32,453 bases of DNA from an uncultured Methanosarcinaceae archaeon (GTDB lineage: Archaea; Halobacteriota; Methanosarcinia; Methanosarcinales; Methanosarcinaceae). The notes beneath the pieces were generated by a model. It had not been told where the DNA came from. It did not search any database and saw only the letters and a list, made by a program, of their open reading frames with translations. A program made the position numbers and the translations under genes. The first letter of the stretch is position 1; every line of letters starts with the position of its first letter. The stretch lies in contig CAVRJG010000063.1 in the NCBI GenBank assembly GCA_963721455.1, positions 1 through 32,453 on the forward strand. Direction: 5' to 3'. Below, one piece after another: positions 1 through 9,041 of the stretch.

Positions 1-417
1 AGGTGCCAAAAAAGAAGCAGAAAGAAGTGGCTGAGAAGATAAAAGAAGCATTAGTCGACCGTCAGAACTTGAATCACCTGATTAGGGAACTGGACAGTAT
101 GGGGTATAAAAGCGCAGCTGATACCCTTGAAAGTTTTCAGTATGATGTAATGAACTATATGCAGTTTCCAGAAAAACACTGGAAAAAAATAAGGACAACA
201 AATATGATGGAAAGGACTAACAAGGAACTCAAAAGAAGAAGCAAGGTAGTTGGAGCATTTCCTAACCAGGACTCAGTATTGAGACTTGTAGTCTCAATAC
301 TAATTGATATAAATGAAGACTGGATCACAGGAAACAAGTATATAGTAATGGAACAGTAATCAAAAAAGAAGACGAAGGGGTAGAGAGTAAATTTTACAGA
401 AAATTAGGCACACTGCC
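1..417 (+). mobile_element. IS256-family element, right part (cut by window edge); transposase C-terminus 3-359
   Basis: Near-identical to 7144-7560; ends in right IR ATTTTACAGAAAATTAGGCACACTGCC; RTTNxxER..ELKRR motif. Confidence 0.95.
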
Positions 418-630
418 GAAAAAACGATACCGATATCTCCAGAGAGTTAAAAGTGGATTACAAAACTGTAAGACTCTGGATACAAAGAGTTTTAGATTTT
501 GGGGTCAAAGAAGGCTTGGTAGATAAATCAAGAAGTGGGAAACCTCGAGATATTAGTGCTGAATCACGAGCTCGCGTAGTCTCACTTGCATGTATGAAAC
601 CAAAAGATCTTGGTTATCCTCATGAAATAT

Positions 631-2224
631 GAGACTTTTTATTATTTTCTGGTCTTCCGATTTTTCTCTGAATCATATAAAACAATCAAATATTAATTTC
701 ATTGAAATAATTTCTTTGTTGATGGGAAAAGGAAACAAAGCAATAGATAAGTCAATGATAAAAACGCTCTTTGAAGGCAATATAATAATTCCTTTGCCTA
801 AAGTCTTACTTGAAAATCGATACCATTCTATGTTCTCTTTAATATCTCCGACTCATTGTGATTTTTGTGGCACTAAACTAAATGTGAATTCTCACTATAC
901 CCGTTCAATTCTCACGAGTTATGGCACCATAACTTGCAATATTACATACTGGATTTGTTCTAATTGTGAGAAGCATTTTCATGATCATATCGTTGGTGTT
1001 TCTGGATCTGCAAATTACAGCGATGAGTTCTATGACAAACAAATGTTTGTCAGATACAATGGTAGATGCAGCCTTCACAATTCCTGTATTATAGGTGAAA
1101 CATATACAGAAGGCTTGACTGATATATGTGGGCGAGCTCCTTGTGCCTCTTCATTATGGTTGCATGAGCAAAAACAAGCCGAATTTTCTAAGCAAGAACT
1201 TTTAGATCAAAATACTGTTTTTGACGGAACGTTGTATGTTGATGGAGATTGGATCAAGAAAGGATGGAAAACAAAGTTTGAAACTCTGTTGGGAAGAGAA
1301 ATTACAGTAAAAGAATGGAAGAAGATGCGATATAAATCCGTTTACGTTATCGCCACAAAAGAAAAAGTAATTTTGGATTTTGAGGTAACTGATAGGTTAC
1401 CAACAATTGAAGCTCTGATTCCTCTTTTCATACGAATAAAAAACCGATTCTCAGAAGGTAAAATACAAAAAATCGTTTCTGACGAAGATAAAGCAATCAT
1501 TGGAGCTGTAAAAAGCGTCTTTCCTGAAGTGGCTCATTCTTTTTGTATATTTCATCAATTAAAAAACGTTAACAAGAGATATAGTGATGAATTCAACTCT
1601 ATCACAAATATTCCAGATAATGATGAGCTTGTGTATAATGAGATCTGTCAATTAATACGCTCAGATACGGTTGTCAGTGCTGTTGTATGTTTTCAAAAGA
1701 TACAAGAATTGGATTCTGGTCTGGAACTTTCAAAAGCGTCTCATAAAGCGATTTCTTATGCAAAAGAGATTTTCACGAAAAATGTAAGCTTTTTGAAAAA
1801 AGGGTTTACACCTGAGACAGATAATACAATGGAACAGATATTTTCTTTGATAGGTGATGTTGTAGACAAAGCAAGATCATTCAAAACTGATAGTGGTCTA
1901 ACTAATTTTTGTTACAATTTGTTTACTTATTTCAACAAACGGTGTTTCCGCACTGGTAAATGGAGAGGATTCTCTCCCTTAATGAGGGCAAGATTCCAGT
2001 ATGGATAAATAATGGGTAAATGGGAACTTTCAATCTAAATTTGCAACATTATAGCGGTAGCTATCGAATAATGATGGCAAAAATCAGAAATTTGGATGAA
2101 AAATGAATGAGTTTAGATGTGAGTGGATCAATTTTTCCAAAAGGAGGAAAGAGGTTTAATGAATTTGGATGGAATTCCATTGTTCTTTTAAAATTGGAGA
2201 AGAACCAGAAAAAATTAAAAAGAC
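631..2224 (+). mobile_element. Mutator-like (p-MULT) IS, copy 1; right end clipped by 2 bp
   Basis: Left IR GAGACTTTTTATTATTTTCTGG at 631; right IR CCAGAAAAAATTAAAAAGAC lacks terminal TC; homologous to copies in 12451-15651. Confidence 0.9.
722..2008 (+). CDS. Mutator-superfamily DDE transposase, 428 aa, N-terminal Zn ribbon
   Basis: ATG 722 matches the paralog start; CDFC..CSNC, YVDGD, VSDEDKAI..CIFH (MULE D...CxxH), NTMEQ. Confidence 0.85.
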   Translation: MGKGNKAIDKSMIKTLFEGNIIIPLPKVLLENRYHSMFSLISPTHCDFCGTKLNVNSHYTRSILTSYGTITCNITYWICSNCEKHFHDHIVGVSGSANYSDEFYDKQMFVRYNGRCSLHNSCIIGETYTEGLTDICGRAPCASSLWLHEQKQAEFSKQELLDQNTVFDGTLYVDGDWIKKGWKTKFETLLGREITVKEWKKMRYKSVYVIATKEKVILDFEVTDRLPTIEALIPLFIRIKNRFSEGKIQKIVSDEDKAIIGAVKSVFPEVAHSFCIFHQLKNVNKRYSDEFNSITNIPDNDELVYNEICQLIRSDTVVSAVVCFQKIQELDSGLELSKASHKAISYAKEIFTKNVSFLKKGFTPETDNTMEQIFSLIGDVVDKARSFKTDSGLTNFCYNLFTYFNKRCFRTGKWRGFSPLMRARFQYG

Positions 2225-2351
2225 ATAAAATTAGCTGTTACATTGCTAAAGTTGATCCCGATTTTGATCAAAAAGCAGCCAATGTTCTGGATACATATAG
2301 AGAAGCTAAAAGACTAAATGAAAAAAAAGGAAAAATGAACAAATTAAGACA

Positions 2352-2909
2352 GTGATTATTTCCTACGATGAAAAACCAGGTATTCAGGTAATTGGAAATG
2401 TTTATCCAGATCTTATGCCAGTAGAAGGGTATTATTCTACAATAGCAAGAGATTATGAGTATAAAAGACATGGGACTCTTTCACTATTAGCTGGAATTGA
2501 CTTGATATTTGGGAGAATTTATTATAAAGTATTTGAGCAGCATAGAAGCTGCGAATTCATTGAATATCTCAAAGGACTTGAGTCAATATATCCAGAAGAA
2601 AAAATCATAATTATACTGGATAATCTTAAAATGCATACATCAGAAGAAACTCGGAAATACCTGGCGACAATTCCTGATAAATTTGAATTTGTTTTCACAC
2701 CCAAACATGCTTCGTGGCTGAATATCATCGAAAGTTTTTTCAGTAAAATGGGGAGGAGCGTGTTGAGAGGAATAAGAGTGGACTCAATAAATGAATTAAA
2801 AGAAAGAATTAGTCAATATATAAACCAGGTTAACGAAAAAGCAGTTCTATTTACGTGGAGATATAAAATGGAAGAAAGGGATGAAATGCCTGGTGGAATC
2901 ACAATCTAA
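2352..2909 (+). CDS. IS630 type A transposase orfB (DDE)
   Basis: YDEK, ILDN, HASWLNIIE motifs. Confidence 0.9.
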   Translation: MIISYDEKPGIQVIGNVYPDLMPVEGYYSTIARDYEYKRHGTLSLLAGIDLIFGRIYYKVFEQHRSCEFIEYLKGLESIYPEEKIIIILDNLKMHTSEETRKYLATIPDKFEFVFTPKHASWLNIIESFFSKMGRSVLRGIRVDSINELKERISQYINQVNEKAVLFTWRYKMEERDEMPGGITI

Positions 2910-3167
2910 AATGGAGTTAATTAGGAATCGATGCACTAGAACCGATGTACATAATTGCAGGATAATGTATAGATAAATGAAATAAAAGCCAGGTATCTAC
3001 CAAGAGAAACAACCCTTGAAAACGTCGGCAAGAAAGTAACAAATGAAAGGAGGAGCCGGCACAGCCAGAATTGAAATTTATTATGAAAGAGTCACTAAGG
3101 AGATGAATTAATTGGATGACGGATTAGGATTTGCACTAATAATCCCACTATTTTTTTTATTGATACC

Positions 3168-3922
3168 TATAGTCACCATTTTAAATAATGCGACATTTTG
3201 TGTGTAAATATATGTCTCTCCCAAAACTCATCCAGTTCTTTTTTCAATACTTTAATATTTTTGAATGATTTTATTGATGTTAACTCTTCTCTTGTCGTTT
3301 TCCAACAATATTCTGTTGGGTTCTTATCTGGAGTAGCTGGAGGGAAAAATAGTATTTGCAACCAATGTTTATTATTTTGATAAAATTCCTTTACCTTTGA
3401 GGATCTATGCCATGTAGCCCTGTCCAGTAGAAGAAATATCCTTGTCCCTATATCTCTTTGAAACTTGATTAATGATTTTAAATAAGAGTCTGTATTCTGT
3501 GTACTTCCTAAATCGTACCAATAAAACTCTCCATTTTCAGTGTAGAATCCCCCAATATTGATTTTGGCTTTTGAACCACCTGTAAATTTAATAGGCTTTG
3601 AGCCTTTGATTGCCCAACATCTTGATCTATTTGAATCCACACAAAAACTGCTCTCATCGTGAGTGACGAATAAATGGTTAGGGTTTAGTAATCTTTTTTT
3701 GAACTTCGGCTATAAATTCGTTTGTGAATGCCTCATTCCGTTTTTTTGATCTAGGTCTACATGTAATTTTACTTAACCCTAAATTTTTAATAATTTGTCT
3801 CATTCTTGATTTGGAATAAGATATTCCGAATTTCTCTCTGACATATTGAACTGCATCCTTTGTTTGCCAACCGCGATAATAGCCGTCATCTGTTGGTATT
3901 GGCTCTGAAAATGCTTTGCTTA
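3168..3922 (-). mobile_element. IS630 type B, left part lost; orfB 3173-~3700
   Basis: End TATAGTCAC at 3168; HDES, LLLDRATWH, PDKNPTE motifs; matches copy at 26661-28069 until 3922. Confidence 0.9.
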
Positions 3923-4260
3923 GGAATAGCTAAAAAATAACTTCACATTTCTACTTCGGGAATTACTTTATAATTCCATTTCCCCAAATAATCGTCAAAT
4001 ACAATTTTCATGTTTTCCTTGAAGTTTTCACTTACTTTTCTTGCCTTTGCATAAACTTTATTTTTGATAGTCGAAAACACTTTTAATCCTGTTGATGTAG
4101 AAGTCTTATCAATAAGGCTTTTGACCACATCAATACTGCTAAAGACAACACCTTTGCAGGCACTTGTAACATGACAGAATAACCTGTGTTCTATTGGATT
4201 GTATTTCGAAGTATATGATGGATAATGAGCCATTCTGATTTCAATCCCAATTTCGTCTAC
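3923..4260 (-). pseudogene. ISAzo13-family transposase C-terminus plus element end
   Basis: HYPSYTSKYNPIEHRLF..WNY signature; abuts IS630-B at TTA|GGAATAGC. Confidence 0.88.
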
Positions 4261-4322
4261 TAGTGCATCGATTCTGAATTATATGCATAAATCATTATAT
4301 TAGTAAGACTATAAATGTACTT

Positions 4323-4916
4323 ATGCCTCGCATAAGTCTTCGTCCCAAATTATCATTTACTCAACAAGAGTTAGACTATCTGACCAAGTTAAGTCGTTCT
4401 AGAAATCAAATTGCAAGCATTGTTGAAAGATCCAAGATTGTACTTTTGAGCTATCAGGGAAAAAACGATACTGAGATCTCCAGAGAGTTGAAAGTAGATT
4501 ACAAAACTGTGAGAGAATGGATAAAAAGGGTTTTGGATCTTGGAGTTAAAGAAGGCCTGGTAGACAAATCAAGAAGTGGAAGACCTCAAGATATTAGTGC
4601 TGAATCACGAGCTTGGGTAGTCTCACTTGCTTGTATGAAACCAAAAGATCTTGGTTATCCTCATGAAATATGGACTCAGAGGCTCCTTGTTGAATATATC
4701 AGGGAGAATTGTATCAAAGAGAAACATCCTGATTTATCGAAGATAAATCAGGGGACAATTTCAAAGATTCTCAATGCAAGCAAAATAAAACCACATAAGA
4801 TTAGCTGTTACATTGCTAAAGTTGATCCCGATTTTGATCAAAAAGCAGCCAATGTCCTGGATACATATAGAGAGTCTAAAAGACTAAGTGAAAAAAAAGA
4901 AAAACGAAGAAATTAA
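4323..4916 (+). CDS. IS630 type A orfA (HTH)
   Basis: HTH followed by RSGRP, WT motif; ends after an A8GA5 run. Confidence 0.9.
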   Translation: MPRISLRPKLSFTQQELDYLTKLSRSRNQIASIVERSKIVLLSYQGKNDTEISRELKVDYKTVREWIKRVLDLGVKEGLVDKSRSGRPQDISAESRAWVVSLACMKPKDLGYPHEIWTQRLLVEYIRENCIKEKHPDLSKINQGTISKILNASKIKPHKISCYIAKVDPDFDQKAANVLDTYRESKRLSEKKEKRRN

Positions 4917-5478
4917 AACAGTGATTATTTCTTACGATGAAAAACCAGGTATTCAGGCAATTGGAAATGTTTATCCAGATCTTATGCCAGTAGAAGGGCA
5001 TTATTCTACAATAGCAAGAGATTATGAGTATAAAAGACATGGGACTCTTTCACTATTAGCTGGAATTGACTTGATATCTGGGATAATTTATTATAAAGTA
5101 TTTGAGCAGCATAGAAGCTGCGAATTCGTTGAATATCTCAAAGGACTTGAGTCAACATACTTAGAAGAAAAAATCATAATTATACTGGATAATCTAAAAA
5201 TTCATACATCAGAAGAAACTCGGGAATACCTGGCGACGGTTCCTGATAAATTTGAATTCGTATTCACGCCCAAACATGCTTCGTGGTTGAATATTATTGA
5301 GAGTTTTTTCAGTAAAATGGTGAGGAGCTTGTTGAGAGGAATAAGAGTAGACTCAATGAATGAATTAAAAGAAAGAATTAGTCAATATATAAACCAGATT
5401 AACGAAAAGCAAGTTCTATTTACGTGGAGATATAAAATGGAAAAAATGGATGAAATGCCTGGTGGAATCACAGTCTAA
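4888..5478 (+). CDS. IS630 type A orfB (DDE), probably fused to orfA by recoding
   Basis: YDEK/ILDN/WLNIIE; overlaps orfA at the A-run. Confidence 0.9.
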   Translation: MKKKKNEEIKTVIISYDEKPGIQAIGNVYPDLMPVEGHYSTIARDYEYKRHGTLSLLAGIDLISGIIYYKVFEQHRSCEFVEYLKGLESTYLEEKIIIILDNLKIHTSEETREYLATVPDKFEFVFTPKHASWLNIIESFFSKMVRSLLRGIRVDSMNELKERISQYINQINEKQVLFTWRYKMEKMDEMPGGITV

Positions 5479-5505
5479 AAGGGCGTTAATTAGGAATCGA
5501 TGCAC

Positions 5506-5995
5506 TAGTGCATCGATTCTGATTATATGCATAAATCTTATATTAGTAAGACTATAAATGTACTTATGTCTCGCTTAAGTCTTCCTCCCAAATTATCATT
5601 TGCTCACAAGAGTTAGAACCTATTTGACCAAGTTAAGTCGTTCTGGAAATCAAATTGCAAGCATTGTTGAAAGATCCAGATTGTAGTTTTGATCTACCAG
5701 GGAAAAAACGATACTGAGATCTCCAGAGAGTTGAAAGTAGATTACAAAACTGTGAGAGAATGGATAAAAAGGGTTTTGGATCTTGGAGTTAAAGAAGGCC
5801 TGGTAGACAAATCAAGAAGTGGAAGACCTCAAGATATTAGTGCTGAATCACGAGCTTGGGTAGTCTCACTTGCTTGTATGAAACCAGAAGATTTGGTCAT
5901 CCTCATGAAATATGGACTCAGAGGCTCCTGTTGAATATATCAGGGAGAATTGTATCAAAGAGAAACATCTGGTTTATCGAAGATAAATCAGGGGA
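5506..5995 (+). pseudogene. Second tandem IS630 type A copy, indel-rich and truncated
   Basis: Shares TA 5506-5507 with the preceding copy; many 1-bp indels relative to 4261-4755. Confidence 0.85.
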
Positions 5996-6292
5996 TCTTT
6001 AATGCCATCACAACAAAACTCGCTTGTATCCTTACTGGTTCCTAAAGTGATGTATCCTTCGTTACGTTTTAAGTCGTAAATGCCATGTGGAATTACAATG
6101 CCATCTGAAAATGTATTGAAATCGTGGTCATAAACCTTAACTGGCTGAGTACAATAAACTTTTCCGTCACGGTAGAAGTTGCCTATGAATTCTTTTTTTT
6201 GACATCTATACTGATAATCGGATTCTTGCTTTTTGAGTACTCTTCTTTAACTCACGAATCCTCTCAAATTGCTCATTCCTATCTTTACAATC
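5996..6292 (-). pseudogene. ISAzo13-family transposase, central fragment
   Basis: Reads DRNEQF..PIISIDVKK(K)EFIGNFY..YDHDF..IPHGIYD..GTSKDTSEF with two 1-bp frameshifts. Confidence 0.85.
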
Positions 6293-7560
6293 GGCAGTGT
6301 ACCGAAAGTTCTGTAAAATATGATTGACTCTGTATCCTTTTCTTTTCACCACAAAAAAACAGGATGCAGAGTCAATGGTTAATTTGTTCTCACTCATAAA
6401 AGATTATCTTGTCGATCAGGAAGATGGAATTCGCCAGCTAATTACCTGGTTTTTAAACCTTATAATGGAGGAGGAAGCCCTCCTCCAAGCTGGCGCACAA
6501 CGTTATGAGCGGATTGATTCACGTAAAGCCAGTAGAAATGGCTACAAACCCCGAACTCTTCTGACCAAGCATGGAAAACTTGAATTGTCAAAGCCTCAAT
6601 TCCGTGAGTTTCCCTTTGAAACCCAGGTTTTTGAGAAATATTCGAGAGTTGAAAAGGCCATCTTAACCGCTATAGCGGAATCTTACCTTCAGGGTGTTTC
6701 CACCCGTAGGGTGGAAAAGATCATGATCGCTTTAGGAGTAGGTGAAATCTCAGCCTCTTCTGTTTCCAGGATTACTAAAGAACTGGATGAAAAGGTTGAA
6801 GAATTCCTCTCAAAACGAATAGAACATGAAATTCCTTACTTGTTTATTGATGCGACTTATTTCAAGGTAAGAGATGGGCTTCATTATGAAAACAAAGCTC
6901 TCTTCGTAGTTGCTGGAATCAGGGATGACGGTTACCAAGAGATACTTGGAACAAGATTGGCAGACAGTGAAGCTTCTATGTTCTGGGAAGATCTATTCGA
7001 TGATCTGAAAGAAAGAGGGTTAAGAGGTGTCAAGTTAATCGTTTCTGATGGTCATAAAGGAATACAGAAAGCAGTCAGAGAATCCTTTATTGGATCAAGT
7101 TGGCAGATGTGTCATGTACATCTGACAAGACAAGTTCTCAAGAAGGTGCCAAAAAAGAAGCAGAAAGAAGTGGCTGAGAAGATAAAAGAAGCATTAGTCG
7201 ACCGTCAGAACTTGAATCACCTGATTAGGGAACTGGACAGTATGGGGTATAAAAGCGCAGCTGATACCCTTGAAAGTTTTCAGTATGATGTAATGAACTA
7301 TATGCAGTTTCCAGAAAAACACTGGAAAAAAATAAGGACAACAAATATGATGGAAAGGACTAACAAGGAACTCAAAAGAAGAAGCAAGGTAGTTGGAGCA
7401 TTTCCTAACCAGGACTCAGTATTGAGACTTGTAGTCTCAATACTAATTGATATAAATGAAGACTGGATCACAGGAAACAAGTATATAGTAATGGAACAGT
7501 AATCAAAAAAGAAGACGAAGGGGTAGAGAGTAGATTTTACAGAAAATTAGGCACACTGCC
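6293..7560 (+). mobile_element. IS256-family element, complete (1268 bp), no flanking TSD
   Basis: Left IR GGCAGTGTACCGAAAGTTCTGTAAAAT vs right IR revcomp GGCAGTGTGCCTAATTTTCTGTAAAAT. Confidence 0.96.
6375..7502 (+). CDS. IS256-family transposase (375 aa from ATG 6375)
   Basis: RNGY, GVSTRRV, YLFIDA, VSDGHKG, QMCHVH, RTTN motifs. Confidence 0.95.
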   Translation: MVNLFSLIKDYLVDQEDGIRQLITWFLNLIMEEEALLQAGAQRYERIDSRKASRNGYKPRTLLTKHGKLELSKPQFREFPFETQVFEKYSRVEKAILTAIAESYLQGVSTRRVEKIMIALGVGEISASSVSRITKELDEKVEEFLSKRIEHEIPYLFIDATYFKVRDGLHYENKALFVVAGIRDDGYQEILGTRLADSEASMFWEDLFDDLKERGLRGVKLIVSDGHKGIQKAVRESFIGSSWQMCHVHLTRQVLKKVPKKKQKEVAEKIKEALVDRQNLNHLIRELDSMGYKSAADTLESFQYDVMNYMQFPEKHWKKIRTTNMMERTNKELKRRSKVVGAFPNQDSVLRLVVSILIDINEDWITGNKYIVMEQ

Positions 7561-7650
7561 CAGGATACTTATTTCCCAGTTCAACTGCGTAAGTTATACC
7601 ATAATATAATAGTTAATTATCGGTTAAAATAACCACAGGGGGAATGAAAC

Positions 7651-7815
7651 ATAATTGATTTGATAGGACTTGCAGTAGCCCTTTTAGTATTAGCATTGAT
7701 TGCGTATGTATTGGGCGCACGGGGAATTGCCGGGTTCTCTATGGAGATTGCTAGGTGGCTCGTCATAATCTTTGTTATACTCGCTATTATTTCGTTTTTT
7801 TATGGGCAAATTTAA
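7651..7815 (+). CDS. DUF1328/UPF0391 small membrane protein (start is ATA, or TTG at 7660)
   Basis: [54 protein letters not shown]; AGGGGG 8 nt upstream; absent from ORF track. Confidence 0.8.
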   Translation: MIDLIGLAVALLVLALIAYVLGARGIAGFSMEIARWLVIIFVILAIISFFYGQI

Positions 7816-8197
7816 CGTTTAATCGATGAATATATGATGAAATAACCCCAAAGTGCGATTCTCAAGATATTGAGAATTCGTTTAAGGCGACTGGCAGTGA
7901 AACAAAGACAATTGAAAAGCATTGCTTTTACTACAAACGATTCCGTGATGATCAAGAGAATGCGTTGTAAAAAAGCATAAAGAAATCTAAATCAAAATCC
8001 GATGTTTTCGATATTAAGATATTAGCGATGAAAATAAATAAATTTGTCAGACATCTGTGGAAGGTAATAGTTATTGGAGATTATCCATTTATAAATCGAT
8101 CCTCTATTATTATCTTGTTTATTTTAAATCCATTTTTATTTAATTAGGCAAATTCATGCAGTTGGCCCAAATAGTCTAATTGCATATGAGGTAAAGA

Positions 8198-8761
8198 ATG
8201 AAAATGAAATTGATAGTTTCTTTGTTAGTTTTATTCCTGGTTTTTCCTCTGGGATTCACGCAAGCGCAGACTGGAGAAAATAATACGACACGTAATATGA
8301 CCGGAAACATGAGTAACATGACTGGGAATATGACATGTAACATGACTGGTGTCATGACTGGTATGGGTAACATGACCGATATGGGTAACATGACTGGTGT
8401 CATGACTGGTATGGGTAACATGACCGATATGGGTAACATTACTGGGAATATGACCGATATGGGTAACATTACTGGGAATATAACATGTAACATGACTGGT
8501 GTCATGACTGGTATGGGTAACATGACCGATATGGGTAACATGACCGATATGGGTAACATGACTTGGAATATGAGTAACATGATTGAAGTCATGACCGGAA
8601 ACATAGTCGTTAGGGGTAATATAACTGGAAATATGACCTGTAATATGACTGGAATCATGACTGGAACCATGGCTGGAAATATGGGTAATATGACCGGAGA
8701 TATGAGTGATATGGCCGGTAACGTAACAGACGGAAATATGAGTAATATGACCAAACGATAA
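8198..8761 (+). CDS. Secreted Met/Asn/Thr/Gly repeat protein
   Basis: Signal peptide MKMKLIVSLLVLFLVFPLGFTQA, GAGG upstream, then NMTG-type repeats. Confidence 0.75.
   Translation: MKMKLIVSLLVLFLVFPLGFTQAQTGENNTTRNMTGNMSNMTGNMTCNMTGVMTGMGNMTDMGNMTGVMTGMGNMTDMGNITGNMTDMGNITGNITCNMTGVMTGMGNMTDMGNMTDMGNMTWNMSNMIEVMTGNIVVRGNITGNMTCNMTGIMTGTMAGNMGNMTGDMSDMAGNVTDGNMSNMTKR
8339..8536 (+). repeat. 48-bp coding repeat (NMTGVMTGMGNMTDMG) x3
   Basis: Identical units at 8339-8386, 8387-8434 and 8489-8536. Confidence 0.9.
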
Positions 8762-8861
8762 AACGATAATAACTACATCGATGACAGTAACAACAGTATC
8801 GATGACGATAACAGCAGACAATAATAAAGATTAAAAAGAGACTTTAGAAAAGGGAAGTACC

Positions 8862-9041
8862 ATGAAAACAAGCACTCATGACCAAGTGGAAGGTAAGCTT
8901 CACAAAGTGAAAGGCGGGATTAAGGATATTATAGGGAAGCTGACCAAGGATCAAGAGTTGGAAGCCGAAGGTAGTATTGAAAAGATCGAAGGCGAGGCAC
9001 AAGAAAAGGTAGGACAAATTAAGAAGGCATTTGGGAAGTAA
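8862..9041 (+). CDS. csbD: CsbD-family stress protein (59 aa)
   Basis: MKTSTHDQVEGKLHKVKGGIKDIIGKLTKDQELEAEGSIEKIEGEAQEKVGQIKKAFGK; below ORF-track cutoff. Confidence 0.9.
   Translation: MKTSTHDQVEGKLHKVKGGIKDIIGKLTKDQELEAEGSIEKIEGEAQEKVGQIKKAFGK

Larger units (their letters stand above)
418..2938 (+). mobile_element. IS630 type A, disrupted (pieces 418-630 and 2225-2938)
   Basis: Both pieces match the intact copy 4261-5507; right end GGAATCGATGCACTAG at 2924-2939; interrupted by IS256 and by the Mutator-like element. Confidence 0.92.
4261..5507 (+). mobile_element. IS630 type A, complete
   Basis: TA-GTGCATCGATTC ... GAATCGATGCAC-TA inserted at CTAG; orfA plus orfB. Confidence 0.95.

Noticed and set aside
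629-721. N-terminal extension of the 459-aa ORF
   Set aside because: Starts in flanking IS630 DNA; paralogs begin at MGKGN
2107-2355. 82-aa ORF
   Set aside because: Chimera of the Mutator-like element's right end and the IS630 orfA tail
8339-8560. Possible CRISPR array
   Set aside because: Contiguous in-frame coding repeats with no unique spacers
8176-8821. Two long minus-strand ORFs (His-rich and Pro/Val/Met-rich)
   Set aside because: Shadows of the plus-strand repeat; only the plus frame has an RBS and signal peptide
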